64,000 nucleotides of DNA. Source: Myxococcota bacterium. Its GTDB lineage: Bacteria > Myxococcota_A > UBA9042 > PHBI01 > JAWLBL01. The translations under genes and the position numbers were made by a program. Positions 1-8,345 of the stretch are shown piece by piece. Position 1 is the stretch's first letter. The number at the start of each line of letters is the position of its first letter. Location of the stretch: the NCBI GenBank assembly GCA_041687695.1, contig JAWLBL010000032.1, positions 1 to 64,000 of the forward strand, read 5' to 3'. The notes beneath the pieces were generated by a model. That model was not told where the DNA came from. It worked only from the letters and a program-made list of their open reading frames with translations, and ran no database searches.

Positions 1-1250
1 CCATGCCGGATGACCTCCCCGAAACGAGATCTCCGCAGCATGATCCTCGCGGATGGCTCCGTCAACATCGGATTGCTACTTCTGCCGGGGTCATCTAGGA
101 CGCCCATCTCCGATGCGGACCTCGAACGCATATCTGTCTGTCCCGTGAACGTGCGACCACGCGTCGCTTGGGCCAAGTACACAGACCACGCCTGAATGCT
201 CGCCTGGCGCTGTAGCTGTTCGGCGATGGGGAGGTGCTCGACGAGTATTGCATGGGTCTCCAGGAGAACGTCGATTCCCTCCTGACCAGCACGCCGCAGT
301 GGACCTTCCGCGATCTGACTTTCGTTGCGACTCCGATCCAGGGACGCTTTCAGGGCCTTCGATTGGGCTCCAAAGAATCGCGGGGCTGCCTTCGTCACGT
401 CCTCGCGGGACTTCGGAGCCGCCTCATCGGCGGATCCAGAGCCGACCTGGTCGACCATGTTGGCCGTGACCTCGGCCATGGCTCCAATCGCTCCCTTCGC
501 GGCCCCCGCTACGACATCGGCCATCTTCTTGCTGAGCCCCCGCGCGACCGCTCTCGATGCGATGGCACCTCCAATGGCGGCCATGAGGCCACCGGAAACG
601 GCAGCCATGGCCACCGTGGCGACTGTGGCGATGAGTTCATCTTTGACCGGAGCATCGATGTCTCCGGCCTGCTTTGCAAGTGCATCGAGCACGTCTTCCT
701 GTCGAGTAAACATGCTCTCGAGCGCGTTCCTGTAGATGCCCATCAGGCACCTGAACTCGTCCTCCAGGTGTCCCCTGTTGTTCGCGCTGCATCGTTCACT
801 GTCCCCAGCCCAATCCACGGCGGCGCCGTCTTCGGTCTTCAATTCGGTCGACAACTTCGGGAGCGCGTTGTTCGTGATCGGGAGTTCGGTGGTCGCTTGC
901 TGCTCGGCCGGGGCCGCTTCAGCGGCGGCGGTGGTCGCCTCAGCCGCACGCTCGGCATCTTGGGCGGACGCGATCGCAGAGCCCGAGGCGTCTGTTGCGT
1001 CCTCGGAGCCGGCCAGGACGTCGGGGGGAAGGAGGCCCGTGGCGACCCAGATCTTCGTGAGCGCCTGGTCGGTCTCGGCCATGCGCTCGGGGGAGGCCCC
1101 CATGAAGGCCGCCGCGGCATCGAGCGGGATGCGGTACGGGGCCTTGTCGCCCGAACGGGCGTGATCGCCGGATGGGGCGGGAGCGGCGGGGCGGCGGCGG
1201 ACGCGCTCCGCGTCGCGGTCGCTGGGTCGGGTGCGGAGTGAGTCGCCCAT
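1..1250 (-). CDS. Hypothetical protein, partial (runs off window start); possible effector/membrane-inserting protein
   Basis: Translated by hand from ATG at 1250 (MGDSLRTRPSDRDAERVRRR...); no stop down to position 1 (~416 codons), so absent from the track. Contains a Gly/Ala hydrophobic stretch (LIATVATVAMAAVSGGLMAAIGGAIA). The + ORFs 234..1241, 325..735 and 736..1164 are its antisense shadows. Confidence 0.7.
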   Translation of the reverse strand, partial: MGDSLRTRPSDRDAERVRRRPAAPAPSGDHARSGDKAPYRIPLDAAAAFMGASPERMAETDQALTKIWVATGLLPPDVLAGSEDATDASGSAIASAQDAERAAEATTAAAEAAPAEQQATTELPITNNALPKLSTELKTEDGAAVDWAGDSERCSANNRGHLEDEFRCLMGIYRNALESMFTRQEDVLDALAKQAGDIDAPVKDELIATVATVAMAAVSGGLMAAIGGAIASRAVARGLSKKMADVVAGAAKGAIGAMAEVTANMVDQVGSGSADEAAPKSREDVTKAAPRFFGAQSKALKASLDRSRNESQIAEGPLRRAGQEGIDVLLETHAILVEHLPIAEQLQRQASIQAWSVYLAQATRGRTFTGQTDMRSRSASEMGVLDDPGRSSNPMLTEPSARIMLRRSRFGEVIRH

Positions 1251-1370
1251 CGGAAGCCTCCGGTCGCGGCGTTGCCAGGGTTGGGTGAGCGTAGCCGGGC
1301 TCCGGGAGGTTCGCAAGCGGACCTGAATGGAATGGGTTCGGCGTCGCAGTAACCGAGGATCTGGGGTCAG

Positions 1371-1496
1371 CAGGCCGGCGGGTCGGTGCGGGACGTTTCC
1401 GCGGAAACGTCATCGGTGGTGTCGGCAGGCCGGCGGGTCGGTGGGGGACGTTACCGCGGAAACGTTTTGGTCGGGTCGGCAGGCTGGCGGGTCAGT
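1371..1496. repeat. ~55-bp intergenic tandem repeat (about 2.3 copies) containing a 20-bp palindrome
   Basis: CAGGC(C/T)GGCGGGTC at ~1371, ~1426 and ~1480; perfect palindrome GACGTTTCCGCGGAAACGTC at 1392-1411 and a near copy at ~1447-1465. Confidence 0.8.
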
Positions 1497-3078
1497 CGGG
1501 GCGGGTGAGCTGGGCGCGGAGGGCCTGGAGGGCGGGGTCGGGGCCGCGGAGGGTGAGGGTGCGGTCGATGGCGGACAGGGCGTCGGCGGGGCGGCCGTTG
1601 GCCAGGAGGGCGCGGGCGAGGGGGTGGGTGTTGGGGGGGAAGTCGGGCAGCAGGGCGTCGGCGGCGGTGAGGTGGGTCAGGGCCTCGGCGGGGCGGTCGA
1701 GGGTGAGGTAGGTCTGGCCGAGGACGTGGCGGGCGTTGAAGGAGTGGGGGAAGTGGCGGGCGGTGGCCTCTTGGAGGGTGAGGTCGGAGTGCCAGTCTGG
1801 ATTTCTGGCGAGAGTGCCAGCGGCGTAGAGGCACAAGGTGGTGGCAAACACGGTCGTGAGGGCGCGGCGGCGGGGGAGGGCGAGGGCCGGCCAGAGGCGG
1901 TGGGCGGCGGCGGCGAGGGTGAGGGCGATGGCCAGGGAGGGGAAGTAGAGGAAGCGCTCGGCGGCTCCGACGGGGAGGGGGACGAGGTGGGCGAAGGGGA
2001 GGAGGCCGAGCAGGAAGCAGGACAGGCCCAGGCCGGCGAGGCGGGTCGAGGGGTGGGGGCGGCGTGAGAGGACGATGGCGGCGGCGAGGGTGAGGAGGAA
2101 GAGGGTGAGGCCCGCCAGGGCCAGCGGGTCGGTCAGCGAGGCGGCCGGGGGCAGGATGGTCCAGTCGTAGAACGGGGTCAGCGGCCACGGGGCGAGCAGG
2201 AGGCGGACGTACTCGCCGTAGATGGAGGCGACGCTGAGGGCCACGAGGGGGGCCTCGAGGTCGCCGAAGAAGCGGATGTCGGTGGGGGTGAGGAGGTGCG
2301 CGCGCAGGGCCAGGTAGCCGGCGAGGACCAGGGCGAGGGCGGCGTACAGGGCCCAGGTGGGGCGGCGGAGGAGGGGGCGCTGAGTGCGGGTGGCGAGCTC
2401 GGTGAGGAAGAGCCAGCCGGGCAGGGTGACGGCGGTCTCCTTGGAGGCGAGGCCGGCGGCGTAGAGCAGGGCGACGAGGGCCAGGGTGCGGGGGCGGCGG
2501 GCCGGGTCGCGGAGGAGGGTGAGGAGGGCGAGGGCGGCGAAGAGGGTCGCCAGCAGCTCGGTGCGGTAGGTGACGAGGTCGACCGCCTCGGTGTGGACCG
2601 GGTGGACGGCGAACCAGAGGCCGGCGGCGACCGCGAAGGGCAGGGCGGGGGCGGCGCGGGTCCCCGGGGCGCCCGGTGCAGAGGGCGGGCCGGTCGCGGG
2701 GGTGAGGGTGAGGAGGCGGAAGACCAGCAGGACGACCAGGGCGCTGACCAGGGCGTGGAGGAGGTCGTTGGTCAGGTGGAAGCCGAAGGGGTCGAGGCCC
2801 CAGACGGCGTGGTCGAGGGCGTAGGAGGTCAGGACCAGGGGGCGCCAGTAGCCCGAGTTGATCTGGCGGCTGTAGGCGTCGTCGGCGTTGGCGCCCAGCG
2901 GCTGGGTGAAGAAGGTCGGGACGTTGGAGAGGTCGCGGACGAGGGCGTTGTCGACGACGTTGTAGCCGTCGTCCATGGCGAAGCCGTTGGGCAGGTTGTT
3001 GGCGTAGGCCAGGAGGGCGACCAGGGCGACCAGCAGGGCGGCGCGGCGGACGAGGGCGGGGGGCGTGGGGGCGGACAC
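1492..3078 (-). CDS. TMTC/DUF1736-like GT-C glycosyltransferase with C-terminal TPRs
   Basis: GTG at 3078 with GGAGG upstream; motifs F-x-x-DD, YWRPL, HLTNDLLH, HPVHTEAV, SKETA, AERFLYFP, RNPDW; many TM helices, then TPR-like helices. Confidence 0.85.
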   Translation of the reverse strand: MSAPTPPALVRRAALLVALVALLAYANNLPNGFAMDDGYNVVDNALVRDLSNVPTFFTQPLGANADDAYSRQINSGYWRPLVLTSYALDHAVWGLDPFGFHLTNDLLHALVSALVVLLVFRLLTLTPATGPPSAPGAPGTRAAPALPFAVAAGLWFAVHPVHTEAVDLVTYRTELLATLFAALALLTLLRDPARRPRTLALVALLYAAGLASKETAVTLPGWLFLTELATRTQRPLLRRPTWALYAALALVLAGYLALRAHLLTPTDIRFFGDLEAPLVALSVASIYGEYVRLLLAPWPLTPFYDWTILPPAASLTDPLALAGLTLFLLTLAAAIVLSRRPHPSTRLAGLGLSCFLLGLLPFAHLVPLPVGAAERFLYFPSLAIALTLAAAAHRLWPALALPRRRALTTVFATTLCLYAAGTLARNPDWHSDLTLQEATARHFPHSFNARHVLGQTYLTLDRPAEALTHLTAADALLPDFPPNTHPLARALLANGRPADALSAIDRTLTLRGPDPALQALRAQLTRPD

Positions 3079-3160
3079 GGTCGGGGCCTCCGGGGGGCAG
3101 CCGGGGGCGACCTTAGGGGATTGGGCGGGCGCGGGGAAGATTGGCGCGGAGGGGTGAGTC

Positions 3161-3916
3161 GTGGATGCTGGGGGCGTGGGGTTCGACGAACAGGGCTGGG
3201 CGGTGGTGCGGGGGGCGGCGGGAGCCGCGCTGCGGGGGCGGCTGTCGGCCGGGTTCGACCGGCTGATGCCGCCGGGGTGCGGGCCGGACGTGGCGCAGCT
3301 GCTGCGGCCGTCGCTGATGGACCCGGCGTTCGGCGAGTGGCTGGAGGTGGCGGGGCGGATCGCCGGGGAGGCGCTGGGGGTGGGGCGGGTGCAGCTGCTG
3401 CAGGACGCGCTGCTTTTCAAGCCGGCGGGGCGCGGGGCGGGCGTGGTCGAGTGGCACCGGGACTGGGACTACACCGGGTACCTGGAGGCGCCGCGGGCGG
3501 TGTCGGTGCGGCTGGCGCTGGGGGACGAGGACGCCGAGGCGGGCGGGCTGGAGGTGGTCGAGGGGAGCCACCGGTGGGAGATGGGCGAGTCGGTCGAGAC
3601 GCTGTTCGCCGAGCGCATCGGGGCGGGGCGGCTGGAGGCGTTGCCGGCGCCGTATGGGGAGCGGGCGCGGGAGGCGGTGCGGCCAGTCGCGTTGGCGGCG
3701 GGGGACGTGAGCGTGCATCACGCGCTGCTGTTGCATGGGAGTGGGGCGAACCGGTCGGGGCGGGACCGGCGGACCATCGTGGTGCACCTGTTCGACGCGG
3801 AGCTGCGGCTGGTGCCCGAGCGGCTGCCGTCGCCCGAGGCGGCGGCGTGGTTCACGACCGACGCGGCGGGGCGGCTGACCGGGCCGGCGTTTCCGGTGGT
3901 GTGGACCCGGGGGTAG
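3161..3916 (+). CDS. Phytanoyl-CoA dioxygenase (PhyH) family Fe(II)/2OG dioxygenase
   Basis: FKP...WHRD (HxD), GGLEVVEGSH, AGDVSVHH-LLLHGSGAN-S--DRR. Confidence 0.85.
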   Translation: MDAGGVGFDEQGWAVVRGAAGAALRGRLSAGFDRLMPPGCGPDVAQLLRPSLMDPAFGEWLEVAGRIAGEALGVGRVQLLQDALLFKPAGRGAGVVEWHRDWDYTGYLEAPRAVSVRLALGDEDAEAGGLEVVEGSHRWEMGESVETLFAERIGAGRLEALPAPYGERAREAVRPVALAAGDVSVHHALLLHGSGANRSGRDRRTIVVHLFDAELRLVPERLPSPEAAAWFTTDAAGRLTGPAFPVVWTRG

Positions 3917-3928
3917 GGGGCGGGTCAG

Positions 3929-4230
3929 GCCGGCTGGAAGCCGGCGATCCCAGGGGGGCGGTCACTGGGGGTTGGGGTGGTTCCGGCCGGCTGGAAGCCG
4001 GCGATCCCAGGGGGGCGGTCGCTGGGGGTTGGGGTGGTTCCGGCCGGCTGGAAGCCGGCGATCCCAGGGGGGCGGTCGCTGGGGGGTGGGGTGGCTCTGT
4101 CCGGCTGGAAGCCGGCGATCCCAGGGGGGCGGTCGCTGGGGGTCGGGGTGGTTCTGGCCGGCTGGAAGGCGGCGAGCTCAGGGAGGCGGTCGCTGGGGAT
4201 TGGGGTGGCTCTGGCCGGCTGGAAGCCGGT
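3929..4230. repeat. 57-bp REP-like tandem array (6 hairpin copies)
   Basis: Unit GCCGGCTGGAAGCCGGCGATCCCAGGGGGGCGGTCGCTGGGGGTTGGGGTGGTT(C/T)C(G) starts at 3929, 3986, 4043 etc.; hairpin GCCGGC-TGGAA-GCCGGC; lies between convergent genes. Confidence 0.9.
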
Positions 4231-4248
4231 GGCGCATGGGGTCCGATT

Positions 4249-4397
4249 GGAGTGTGCGAGCTTGCTCGCGCCCCAAGGCCGGCGGCTTGCCGCCGGGGCT
4301 TTGCCGCCGACCCGGCGCAGCAAGCTGCGCCGAATCGGGGCTCCAGCAAGCTGGAGCACTCCATGGCCGCCTTCGGCGGCTTCGATACGACAGCCTC
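4249..4397. mobile_element. Truncated MITE (right end only) with four-hairpin cassette
   Basis: Ends in ...GATACGACAGCCTC followed by TGGAAAGCCGG, like the element at 10224-10396; internal GGAGTG...GCACTCC cassette; left terminal repeat not found. Confidence 0.7.
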
Positions 4398-4416
4398 TGG
4401 AAAGCCGGTGGGGCGG

Positions 4417-5313
4417 TCAGGCGGCGCGGCGGAAGGGGTGCTCGTGGGGGTGGGGTTTGAGGCGGCGCAGGAGGGCGGCGAGGAGGGCGCAGAGGGGGAG
4501 GAAGGCGGCGGCGACGAGGGTCTGGGCGGCGCCGACGGGCAGGGCGTAGAGGAAGGCGACGAGGTAGCCGCCGAAGCCGGAGAGGGCGCCGATGAGGGTC
4601 GCGAGGGCCAGGGCGCGGGGGACGTTGGAGGACAGGCGAAGGGCGGCCATGGCGGGCAAGACGCTGAAGGCGAAGACCGGCAGGGCCGCGAGGACGCGGG
4701 TGGAGACCGAGACGGCCAGGGCGATGGAGACCAGGAGGGTGAGGTCGAGCAGGCGGACCGGGAGGCCGCGGACCTGGGCGCCGTCGCGGTCGAAGCTGAC
4801 CTGCAGGAAGCCGCGCAGCCACCACAGGTGGACGGCGAGCAGGGCGACGGCCAGGACGGCGATGAGCTGGAAGTGGTCGGGCTCGATGGCGACCGGGGAG
4901 CCGTACAGGAGCGTCTGGATGTCGGGGAGGTCCTGGACGATGCGGGTGCCGATGGCCAGGGCGCCGGCGCCGCCGACCAGCCAGGTCAGGCCCAGCAGGC
5001 TGTCGCGGCGGTGGGCCGAGCCGCGGGCCGCCATGAGCAGCAGGACGGCGAGGGCGCTGGCGTAGGCGGCGCCGGCGGTGGGCGAGACCAGGACGCCGGT
5101 GAGGCCCCAGTGGGCCTGGGCGTAGAAGGAGGCGGTCACGCCGAGGCCGGCCGACTGGGTGAGGGCGGCCGAGAGGAAGACCATGCGGCGCAGCACGACG
5201 TAGACGCCGAGGAAGCCGAGGAGGGCGGCGGCGAGGGTGTTGGCCCAGGCGGTGTCGGCGAGCAGCTCCCAGGCGGCGATGAAGCTGTCCAGGGTCTCGA
5301 GGTGGGGGTCCAT
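4417..5313 (-). CDS. znuB: Metal (Zn/Mn) ABC transporter permease
   Basis: LGVYVVLRRMVFLSAAL motif, SFDRDGAQVRGLPV loop, multiple TM helices; adjacent to ATPase and binding protein. Confidence 0.9.
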   Translation of the reverse strand: MDPHLETLDSFIAAWELLADTAWANTLAAALLGFLGVYVVLRRMVFLSAALTQSAGLGVTASFYAQAHWGLTGVLVSPTAGAAYASALAVLLLMAARGSAHRRDSLLGLTWLVGGAGALAIGTRIVQDLPDIQTLLYGSPVAIEPDHFQLIAVLAVALLAVHLWWLRGFLQVSFDRDGAQVRGLPVRLLDLTLLVSIALAVSVSTRVLAALPVFAFSVLPAMAALRLSSNVPRALALATLIGALSGFGGYLVAFLYALPVGAAQTLVAAAFLPLCALLAALLRRLKPHPHEHPFRRAA

Positions 5314-6102
5314 CTAGTGCGCGGCCTGGGGGTGCGGGGTGTGCGAGGTGTGGGTGCAGAGGGCGTCGTAGCGCTCGAGGAAGGCGCTCTTGCGGATGAC
5401 GTCGGCCATGGGGCCGGCGAGGGCGACCTGATCGTCGCGGTCGACGACCAGGGCGTGGGTGGCGCGCTCGGTCATCAGCGACAGGTGGTGGCTGACGACC
5501 AGCACCGCGAGGTCGCGCTGGGCGCGGACCTGGTCGAGCAGATCGAAGACGGCGGCCTCGGCGGCGATGTCCATGGCGCTGGTGGGCTCGTCGAGGATGA
5601 GCAGGGCCGGCTCGCAGGCGAGCGCCCGGGCGAGGAGGACGCGCTGCTTCTGGCCCTCGCTGAGCTCGGCGACCTGGCAGGTGGCGAAGCGGGCGCAGTC
5701 GGTCTCGGCCATGGCGCGTTGGACGGCGGCGCGGCGGGCCAGGGCGGCGCGGGGGGAGAGGAAGGACCAGCCGAGGTCGGTGCCGCCCCGGACCAGGTCG
5801 ACCACGCGGGTGGGGACCAGGGGGTCCAGCTCCGTCCGCTGAGGGACGTAGCCGATGGAGGCGCCGGGGGCCAGGGTGGCGGCGCCGCCGAGGCGCGGCA
5901 GGAGGCCGAGCAAGGTGCGGAGCAGCGTGGTCTTGCCGCTGCCATTGCGGCCGACCAGGGCCCACAGCTGGCCCGGGCGGACGTCGAAGCGGATGGGCGG
6001 CAGCAGCGGGCGGCCGTTGTAGCCCACGACGAGGTCGCGCACGGTCAGGACGGCCGGCGCGTCGGCCGGGGCCGGCGCCAGCTGCGGGCGGGGGGGCGTC
6101 AT
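5314..6102 (-). CDS. znuC: Metal ABC transporter ATP-binding protein
   Basis: Walker A GRNGSGKT, IGYVPQ, signature LSEGQKQR, Walker B LILDEP, H-loop VSHH; His-rich C-tail. Confidence 0.92.
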   Translation of the reverse strand: MTPPRPQLAPAPADAPAVLTVRDLVVGYNGRPLLPPIRFDVRPGQLWALVGRNGSGKTTLLRTLLGLLPRLGGAATLAPGASIGYVPQRTELDPLVPTRVVDLVRGGTDLGWSFLSPRAALARRAAVQRAMAETDCARFATCQVAELSEGQKQRVLLARALACEPALLILDEPTSAMDIAAEAAVFDLLDQVRAQRDLAVLVVSHHLSLMTERATHALVVDRDDQVALAGPMADVIRKSAFLERYDALCTHTSHTPHPQAAH

Positions 6103-6103
6103 G

Positions 6104-6607
6104 TCACTCCTCGGAGGTCTCGACGATGAGCTGCAGGGTCGCCTCGGGCGTCTGCTCGATGGCCAGGATATAGCGGCCGACGCCGAGGTGCACCTCGTGG
6201 TGGACGGCGACGTCGTCGCAGGCCTCGCTGCCCTGCTCGGTGGCGGCGAAGGGGACCTCGGCGTCCGAGGCGTCGAGCACCTTCAACGGGACGTCCTGGC
6301 CGAGGAAGAGGTGATAGTGGCCCTCGGCGGCGCTCTCGAGGGCGACGTAGCCCTGGTGCGAGCCGTGGCCGAGCACCGGGATGGCGATGTCGACCCGGGT
6401 GTGGGGGACGTTGACGTCGGGGAGGTCGCCCGAGGGGGTGGCGGCGGCGGTGACGGCGGTGGCGGGTCCGTCGGCGAGGTGCTCGCAGGCCTCTTCCTCG
6501 AGCGAGTGCTCGCCGTGGTCGTGGTCGTGGTCGTCGTCGCAGGCCGGGGCGAGGGCCAGGGCGGCGGCGACGAGGGCGGTGCGGGTGAGGCGGTTCATCA
6601 GCTTCAT
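6104..6607 (-). CDS. His-rich lipoprotein, probable metal chaperone
   Basis: ATG at 6607 after AGGAGG; lipobox LAPA-C followed by DDDHDHDHGEHS, then EEACEH. Confidence 0.8.
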   Translation of the reverse strand: MKLMNRLTRTALVAAALALAPACDDDHDHDHGEHSLEEEACEHLADGPATAVTAAATPSGDLPDVNVPHTRVDIAIPVLGHGSHQGYVALESAAEGHYHLFLGQDVPLKVLDASDAEVPFAATEQGSEACDDVAVHHEVHLGVGRYILAIEQTPEATLQLIVETSEE

Positions 6608-6627
6608 GGTGGTCCTCCTGGGTGGGA

Positions 6628-7431
6628 TCAGAGGTCGAAGCGGGTGGTGGAGGGGGTCAGGGTGCTGTGGTCGGTGGCGCGGTCGGCGACGTCGGCCGGG
6701 GTGAGCGGCGCCGAGAGGTCGAGGCCGTCGAGGAGGCGCTCGGTGAGGGCGAGGCGGAGCGCGAGGGCGAGGCCGACCGGGTGGTCGGCGCCGAGCGGGG
6801 CGTCGAGCGGGGCCGCGAGCGAGGCGTCGAGGGGGACGGTGAGGGCGAGGGGGGCGCCCTCGGCGGGGAGGCGGCCGGCGGCCGAGGCGTCGAAGGCGCG
6901 GCCGGTGAGGGTGAGGGTGCCGAGGTCGACGCGGACGGCCGAGGCGACGCCGCGGGGCAGGTCGCAGTCGGGGGCCGGGCAGGGGGGCAGGGGGAGGGGG
7001 ACGGCGTCGGCGGCGAGGAGATCGACGGTGGCCTCGACCGGGCGGGTGAGGGTGAAGGCGCCGGAGGCGGCGCCCGCCAGCTCGGCCTCGATCTCGGGGT
7101 AGGGGACCAGGCGGCCGTCGTCGGCGTGGCAGTGGCCCGAGTGGCACAGGCTGTAGCCCGGCGGGGGGTTGGCGGGGTCGAAGGAGAGGCGGCCGGTGGG
7201 CGGGGCGACGGTCACGGTGACGGCGCGGACCTCGAGGGTCAGGGTGTCGAGGGCGACGGCGTAGCTGGACGAGGTGAGGAGGCGGCCCTGGGCGTCGAGG
7301 CGGCCGGCGGCGGGGGCGAAGGCGGCTTCGGCGGACAGATCGAGGACGCCCCAGGGGTCGCCGGGGTCGAAGGCGCAGGCGGGCAGGGCCAGCAGCGCGA
7401 GGGCGAGGCGGGAGCTACTGGGCGAGCGCAT
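6628..7431 (-). CDS. Lipoprotein with CHSGHCH metal-binding motif
   Basis: ATG at 7431 overlapping the znuA end; lipobox LPA-C; motif FDPANPPPGYSLCHSGHCHADDGRLV. Confidence 0.8.
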   Translation of the reverse strand: MRSPSSSRLALALLALPACAFDPGDPWGVLDLSAEAAFAPAAGRLDAQGRLLTSSSYAVALDTLTLEVRAVTVTVAPPTGRLSFDPANPPPGYSLCHSGHCHADDGRLVPYPEIEAELAGAASGAFTLTRPVEATVDLLAADAVPLPLPPCPAPDCDLPRGVASAVRVDLGTLTLTGRAFDASAAGRLPAEGAPLALTVPLDASLAAPLDAPLGADHPVGLALALRLALTERLLDGLDLSAPLTPADVADRATDHSTLTPSTTRFDL

Positions 7432-8341
7432 CGTGGATCCCGTTGGTGAGGCGGGTGAGCCAGGCCTCGTAGGTCTCGCCGCGGTCGAAGTCGGGGCCGC
7501 CGGGGAGGGTGACGAGGCGGGCGCCGGAGAGGCGGGCGACCGTCTGGGTGGTGCTGCGCGGGTAGTACTCCTCCTGGAGGAGGGCGCGGACGGCGCGCTC
7601 GCGGATGGCGGCGACGACGCGGGAGACGTGGGCCGGGCTGGGGGAGACGCCGGGCTTGGGTTCGAGGGTCGCGACCTGCTCGAGGCCGAGCGCGTCGAGC
7701 AGGTAGCCGAGCGAGGCGTGGTAGGTGACGACGCGGCGGCGGTCGGGGGAGAGGGCGGCGAAGCGGGCCTTCTGGGTGGCGGCGAAGGCCTCGAGGCGCT
7801 TGCAGAGGGCGTCGGCGCGCTGGGTGTAGGTGGCGGCGTTCGGGGGGTCGAGCTGGGCCAGGCGCGCGGCGAGGGCGCGGGCGACGCGGGCGGCGGCGCG
7901 GGCGTCACTCCAGAAGTGGGGGTTGCCGCCGGGGTGGACGTCGCCGTGGCTGCGGTCGATGGGGGCGGTGGGGACGTCGCGCAGGGGGACGTGCTGCGAG
8001 GCGTCGAAGTGGCCGCGGGCGCCCTGGAGGATGGCCGGGTTGCGGGCGGTGCGCTGCAGGGGGGGGAGCCAGCCGGCCTCGAGCTCGACGCCGTTGACGA
8101 GGAGGAGGTCGGCCTTGTTGAGCAGGAGGATGAGGCTGGGGCGGGGGTCGACGAAGTGGGGGTCCTGGGTGGGGGCGGACAGGGCGTGGACCTGGACGAG
8201 GTCGCCGCCGATGTCGCGGGCGAGGGCGGCCAGCGGGGTGACGGTGGCGGCGACCTGGAGGCGGGCGAGGGCGGCCTGGGGGACCAGCAGGAGGGCCAGG
8301 GCGAGTAGGAGCGGGCGGAGCGGGAGCATCGTCGTCGTCAT
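7415..8341 (-). CDS. znuA: Metal ABC transporter substrate-binding protein (ZnuA/TroA family)
   Basis: Signal peptide; QDPHFVDP, NGVELE, GDVHPGGNPHFW, VTYHAS motifs. Confidence 0.92.
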   Translation of the reverse strand: MTTTMLPLRPLLLALALLLVPQAALARLQVAATVTPLAALARDIGGDLVQVHALSAPTQDPHFVDPRPSLILLLNKADLLLVNGVELEAGWLPPLQRTARNPAILQGARGHFDASQHVPLRDVPTAPIDRSHGDVHPGGNPHFWSDARAAARVARALAARLAQLDPPNAATYTQRADALCKRLEAFAATQKARFAALSPDRRRVVTYHASLGYLLDALGLEQVATLEPKPGVSPSPAHVSRVVAAIRERAVRALLQEEYYPRSTTQTVARLSGARLVTLPGGPDFDRGETYEAWLTRLTNGIHDALAQ

Positions 8342-8345
8342 CGGG

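Noticed and set aside
10..1241. Plus-strand ORFs at the left edge
   Set aside because: Better explained as shadows of the open minus-strand frame starting at 1250.
3929..4230. 57-bp periodic array as a CRISPR array
   Set aside because: The whole unit repeats with no unique spacers, there are no cas genes, and the same unit recurs at 10156 as an intergenic REP.
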